From an uncultured virus (IMG/VR IMGVR_UViG_3300027688_000449) (taxonomy: Duplodnaviria > Heunggongvirae > Uroviricota > Caudoviricetes), in IMG/VR virus record IMGVR_UViG_3300027688_000449: DNA of 20,000 nt, one strand, 5' to 3'. Under the pieces are notes generated by a model. The model searched no databases. It was not told where the DNA came from and was given only the letters and a program-made list of their open reading frames with translations. This document shows, piece by piece, positions 16,616 through 20,000 of this stretch. Both the position numbers and the translations under genes were made by a program. How positions within the stretch are numbered: position 1 is the first letter of the stretch; each line of letters starts with the position of its first letter.

Positions 16616-19600
16616 ATGTCATTTCCTTATAAAAATCCCGTAGCTAATTCCACGTTATCCGCACCCCAAGGTGTGTCATTAACAAGTACGCAAGGAACTA
16701 ATTTTTCAGTTTCTCAAGTTGGGGGATATATGGAGGTTTATTATCTTGAAAATTTAAAGTTAACATTTAGTGGTACAGGGTCTCAAGCGTTATCCGCTAA
16801 TACAATTCCAATTGCTATTGCGGTACAACCTAATACTGGTTTGTCATTCACTCAATTAACTCTTAATTCTGATAATATATCTTCAGGTAGAAGAAGATTA
16901 GGTATGCAAGTCCATGTACAAGAAAATGATACAGTTTATCAATATACTATTCCCAATTACACAGCTTTATGGGATTCGTTATCTGGACTTACAGGTACAT
17001 CAGCAGTAACTCAATCATCTACTTTTACCACCGTAAATGCTCGTTCACAAGCAGGTAGAGATTTCATTGCTGCTTGGACTGGTTCAACAATTGAAGGTGT
17101 TAGTGGTGTTACAAAAAATGATGCTAGATGGCAAATATTTTATGGTTCTGATGTTCAAATTACAGGTGGAACTTATTTTTCAGGAACACAAGAATTAGAT
17201 TTATTTAATAGTACTGGTGGTACTGTTACAATTACAGGATTTACTGGTACTGTCACAGGTGGAACATATAATAGTGGTAATGGCACGCTTACTTTAAACA
17301 ATAGTGATGGTACTTCAGTAGCTGTTACAGGATTCACATCAGGTGGAGGAGGTAATCCACTTACAGTTTATGATGCCACGTCAGGTGTAACGGCAACAAA
17401 CGTTACAGGAATGACTTTTTCAGGTGCTTCAGTTGTTAATAACGGAAGTGGTAATGTAATAATTAATTTTACGGGTGGAACTGCAGGTTCAAGTGGTTCT
17501 TCAGGTTCATCAGGAACATCAGGTATTTCTGGTATAGATGGTTCAAGCGGTTCTTCAGGTTCAAGCGGTTCTTCAGGTTCAAGCGGTTCTTCAGGAACAA
17601 GTGGAGAAAGCGGAACAAGTGGTTCTTCAGGTTCAAGTGGTTCTTCAGGAACAAGTGGTTCATCAGGTTCAAGTGGTTCTTCAGGTTCTTCAGGTTCAAG
17701 TGGTTCAAGTGGTTCTTCAGGAACAAGTGGAGAAAGCGGAACAAGTGGTTCTTCAGGTTCAAGTGGTTCAAGTGGTTCTTCAGGTTCAAGTGGTTCAAGT
17801 GGTTCTTCAGGAACATCAGGAGAATCAGGAACTAGTGGTTCAAGTGGTTCATCAGGTTCAAGCGGTTCTTCAGGTTCTTCAGGAACAAGTGGAGAAAGCG
17901 GAACAAGTGGTTCTTCAGGTTCAAGTGGTTCAAGTGGTTCAAGTGGTTCTTCAGGAACAAGTGGAGAAAGCGGAACAAGTGGTTCTTCAGGTTCAAGTGG
18001 TTCAAGTGGTTCTTCAGGAACATCAGGAGAATCAGGAACTAGTGGTTCAAGCGGTTCTTCAGGTTCAAGTGGTTCTTCAGGTTCTTCAGGAACAAGTGGA
18101 GAAAGCGGAACAAGTGGTTCTTCAGGTTCAAGTGGTTCAAGTGGTTCTTCAGGAACAAGTGGAGAAAGCGGAACAAGTGGTTCATCGGGTTCAAGTGGTT
18201 CATCAGGTTCTTCAGGAACAAGTGGAGAAAGCGGAACAAGTGGTTCATCGGGTTCAAGCGGTTCATCAGGTTCTTCAGGAACAAGTGGAGAAAGCGGAAC
18301 AAGCGGTTCATCAGGTTCAAGTGGTAGTTCAGGTTCTTCAGGAACATCAGGTTCAAGTGGTTCATCAGGTTCAAGTGGTAGTTCAGGTTCTTCAGGAACA
18401 AGTGGTTCATCAGGTTCAAGTGGAGAAAGCGGAACAAGCGGTTCATCAGGTTCAAGTGGTTCTTCAGGTTCTTCAGGAACAAGTGGAGAAAGCGGAACAA
18501 GTGGTTCATCGGGTTCATCAGGTTCTTCAGGAACAAGTGGAGAAAGCGGAACAAGTGGTTCTTCAGGTTCAAGTGGTTCTTCAGGTTCTTCAGGAACATC
18601 AGGAGAATCAGGAACTAGTGGTTCAAGTGGTTCTTCAGGTTCTTCAGGAACATCAGGAGAATCAGGAACTAGCGGAACATCAGGTTCAAGCGGTTCTTCA
18701 GGTTCTTCAGGAACATCAGGAGAATCAGGAACTAGTGGTTCAAGTGGTTCATCAGGTTCAAGCGGTTCTTCAGGTTCTTCAGGAACAAGTGGAGAAAGCG
18801 GAACAAGTGGTTCTTCAGGTTCAAGTGGTTCTTCAGGTTCAAGTGGTTCAAGTGGTTCTTCAGGTTCTTCAGGAACAAGTGGAGAAAGCGGAACAAGTGG
18901 TTCAAGTGGTTCATCAGGTTCTTCAGGAACAAGTGGAGAAAGCGGAACAAGTGGTTCTTCAGGTTCAAGTGGTTCAAGTGGTTCTTCAGGTTCAAGTGGT
19001 TCAAGTGGTTCTTCAGGTTCTTCAGGAACATCAGGAGAATCAGGAACTAGCGGAACATCAGGTTCAAGCGGTTCTTCAGGTTCCTCAGGAACAAGTGGAG
19101 AAAGCGGAACAAGTGGTTCTTCAGGTTCAAGTGGTTCAAGTGGTTCAAGTGGTTCATCAGGTTCTTCAGGAACATCAGGTATAGACGGAACATCAGGTTC
19201 TTCAGGTTCAAGCGGTTCATCAGGAACTAGCGGAACATCAGGTTCTTCAGGTTCAAGTGGTTCTTCAGGAACATCAGGTTCTTCAGGTTCAAGTGGTTCT
19301 TCAGGAACATCAGGTTCTTCAGGTTCAAGTGGTTCTTCAGGTTCATCAGGTTCATCAGGAACATCAGGTATAGACGGAACATCAGGTTCTTCAGGTTCAA
19401 GTGGTAGCTCAGGTTCTTCAGGAACTAGCGGAACATCAGGTTCAAGTGGTTCTTCAGGAACTAGCGGAACATCAGGTTCAAGTGGAGAAAGCGGAACAAG
19501 CGGTTCATCAGGTTCAAGTGGTTCTTCAGGAACTAGTGGGACATCAGGTTCAAGTGGAGAAAGCGGAACAAGCGGTTCATCAGGTTCAAGTGGTAGCTCA

Positions 19601-20000
19601 GGTTCTTCAGGAACATCAGGTTCAAGTGGTAGCTCAGGTTCTTCAGGAACTAGCGGAACATCAGGTTCAAGTGGTAGCTCAGGTTCTTCAGGAACATCAG
19701 GTTCAAGTGGAGAAAGCGGAACAAGCGGTTCATCAGGTTCAAGTGGTAGCTCAGGTTCTTCAGGAACATCAGGTTCAAGTGGAGAAAGCGGAACAAGCGG
19801 TTCATCAGGTTCAAGTGGTTCTTCAGGAACTAGCGGAACATCAGGTTCAAGTGGTAGCTCAGGTTCTTCAGGAACATCAGGTTCAAGTGGAGAAAGCGGA
19901 ACAAGCGGTTCATCAGGTTCAAGTGGTTCTTCAGGAACTAGCGGAACATCAGGTTCAAGTGGTAGCTCAGGTTCTTCAGGAACTAGTGGGACATCAGGTT
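16616..20000 (+). CDS. Collagen-like (Gly-X-Ser)n fibre protein, 3'-truncated (>1128 aa); absent from the supplied ORF track
   Basis: Manual translation from ATG 16616 gives MSFPYKNPVANSTLSAPQG...SSGRRRLGMQVHVQENDTVYQ...NVIINFTG-GTAGSSGSSGSSGTSGISGIDGSS... with no stop before base 20000. It was probably omitted from the track because it has no stop in the window. Confidence 0.92.
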   Translation, partial: MSFPYKNPVANSTLSAPQGVSLTSTQGTNFSVSQVGGYMEVYYLENLKLTFSGTGSQALSANTIPIAIAVQPNTGLSFTQLTLNSDNISSGRRRLGMQVHVQENDTVYQYTIPNYTALWDSLSGLTGTSAVTQSSTFTTVNARSQAGRDFIAAWTGSTIEGVSGVTKNDARWQIFYGSDVQITGGTYFSGTQELDLFNSTGGTVTITGFTGTVTGGTYNSGNGTLTLNNSDGTSVAVTGFTSGGGGNPLTVYDATSGVTATNVTGMTFSGASVVNNGSGNVIINFTGGTAGSSGSSGSSGTSGISGIDGSSGSSGSSGSSGSSGSSGTSGESGTSGSSGSSGSSGTSGSSGSSGSSGSSGSSGSSGSSGTSGESGTSGSSGSSGSSGSSGSSGSSGSSGTSGESGTSGSSGSSGSSGSSGSSGTSGESGTSGSSGSSGSSGSSGSSGTSGESGTSGSSGSSGSSGSSGTSGESGTSGSSGSSGSSGSSGSSGTSGESGTSGSSGSSGSSGSSGTSGESGTSGSSGSSGSSGSSGTSGESGTSGSSGSSGSSGSSGTSGESGTSGSSGSSGSSGSSGTSGSSGSSGSSGSSGSSGTSGSSGSSGESGTSGSSGSSGSSGSSGTSGESGTSGSSGSSGSSGTSGESGTSGSSGSSGSSGSSGTSGESGTSGSSGSSGSSGTSGESGTSGTSGSSGSSGSSGTSGESGTSGSSGSSGSSGSSGSSGTSGESGTSGSSGSSGSSGSSGSSGSSGSSGTSGESGTSGSSGSSGSSGTSGESGTSGSSGSSGSSGSSGSSGSSGSSGSSGTSGESGTSGTSGSSGSSGSSGTSGESGTSGSSGSSGSSGSSGSSGSSGTSGIDGTSGSSGSSGSSGTSGTSGSSGSSGSSGTSGSSGSSGSSGTSGSSGSSGSSGSSGSSGTSGIDGTSGSSGSSGSSGSSGTSGTSGSSGSSGTSGTSGSSGESGTSGSSGSSGSSGTSGTSGSSGESGTSGSSGSSGSSGSSGTSGSSGSSGSSGTSGTSGSSGSSGSSGTSGSSGESGTSGSSGSSGSSGSSGTSGSSGESGTSGSSGSSGSSGTSGTSGSSGSSGSSGTSGSSGESGTSGSSGSSGSSGTSGTSGSSGSSGSSGTSGTSG
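17477..20000 (+). repeat. 9-bp-unit coding array of about 280 Gly-X-Y triplets (GSS, GTS, GES; rare GIS/GID/GTA)
   Basis: Gly codons at 17477, 17531, 19178, 19367 and 19988 are all separated by multiples of 9. Units include GGTTCAAGT, GGTTCTTCA, GGAACAAGT, GGAGAAAGC and GGAACATCA. Confidence 0.95.

Larger units (their letters stand above)
1..20000 (+). mobile_element. Segment of a large tailed bacteriophage genome (baseplate/tail/fibre structural module), probably contractile-tailed with a Bacteroidota host
   Basis: All real genes are on one strand and tightly coupled (ATGA/TAATG overlaps). No housekeeping genes. Baseplate-wedge-like KGT motif, PKD-like and SprB-like domains, and a collagen-like fibre are present. 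Host and morphotype are inferences. Confidence 0.8.

Noticed and set aside
17469..19031. Four minus-strand ORFs of LKNHLNHL repeats
   Set aside because: Antisense shadows of the 9-bp array, where lack of stops follows from the low complexity.
17538..19184. 548-aa + strand ORF (VQVVLQEQVEKAEQ...) from the ORF track
   Set aside because: It is the +1 frame shadow of the Gly-X-Ser array. Its ATG and TAG arise from the GAT-GGT and ATA-GAC codons of GID triplets, and it has no unique sequence or start context. The 16616 frame has a proper start and a non-repetitive head.
17477..20000. Possible CRISPR array or non-coding satellite
   Set aside because: There are no unique spacers between constant repeats. 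Variation is largely synonymous and keeps the 9-nt Gly register, so it is coding.
1..20000. Stop-codon reassignment (as in some large or crAss-like phages)
   Set aside because: The standard code already gives near-complete coding density, with genes ending in TAA (one TGA) and abutting each other. No gene is broken by an in-frame TAG or TGA, so there is no positive evidence here.

Overview
AT-rich, densely coding window with ten co-oriented (+ strand) genes that look like the baseplate/tail-appendage module of a large tailed phage. A contractile tail is suggested by a P2 gpI-like 'LA..LGW...KGT' wedge motif. A Bacteroidota host is inferred from SprB-type repeats and A-rich, SD-poor starts. 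The first gene is 5'-truncated. The supplied ORF track misses the real last gene: ATG at 16616, open to the window end (>1128 aa), with a 287-aa head followed by about 280 in-register, proline-free Gly-X-Ser collagen-like triplets. The listed 548-aa 'VQVVLQ' ORF is only its frame shadow. The right half encodes a set of extended Ser/Thr-rich proteins: a Cys-rich protein with a Thr-Pro stalk and 7 SprB-like repeats but no signal peptide, a one-module SprB-like protein, a protein with a 400-aa (Thr-X)n stalk, and the Gly-Ser-Ser fibre. Other signals: a C-terminal domain shared by the wedge-like protein and the SprB-repeat protein, a TATTTA(T/A) motif in each true intergenic gap, and no GATC found by manual scan, with Asp codons switching to GAC before C. 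No RNA genes, CRISPR array or integrase were seen. All domain calls come from motif recognition by eye, not database searches.
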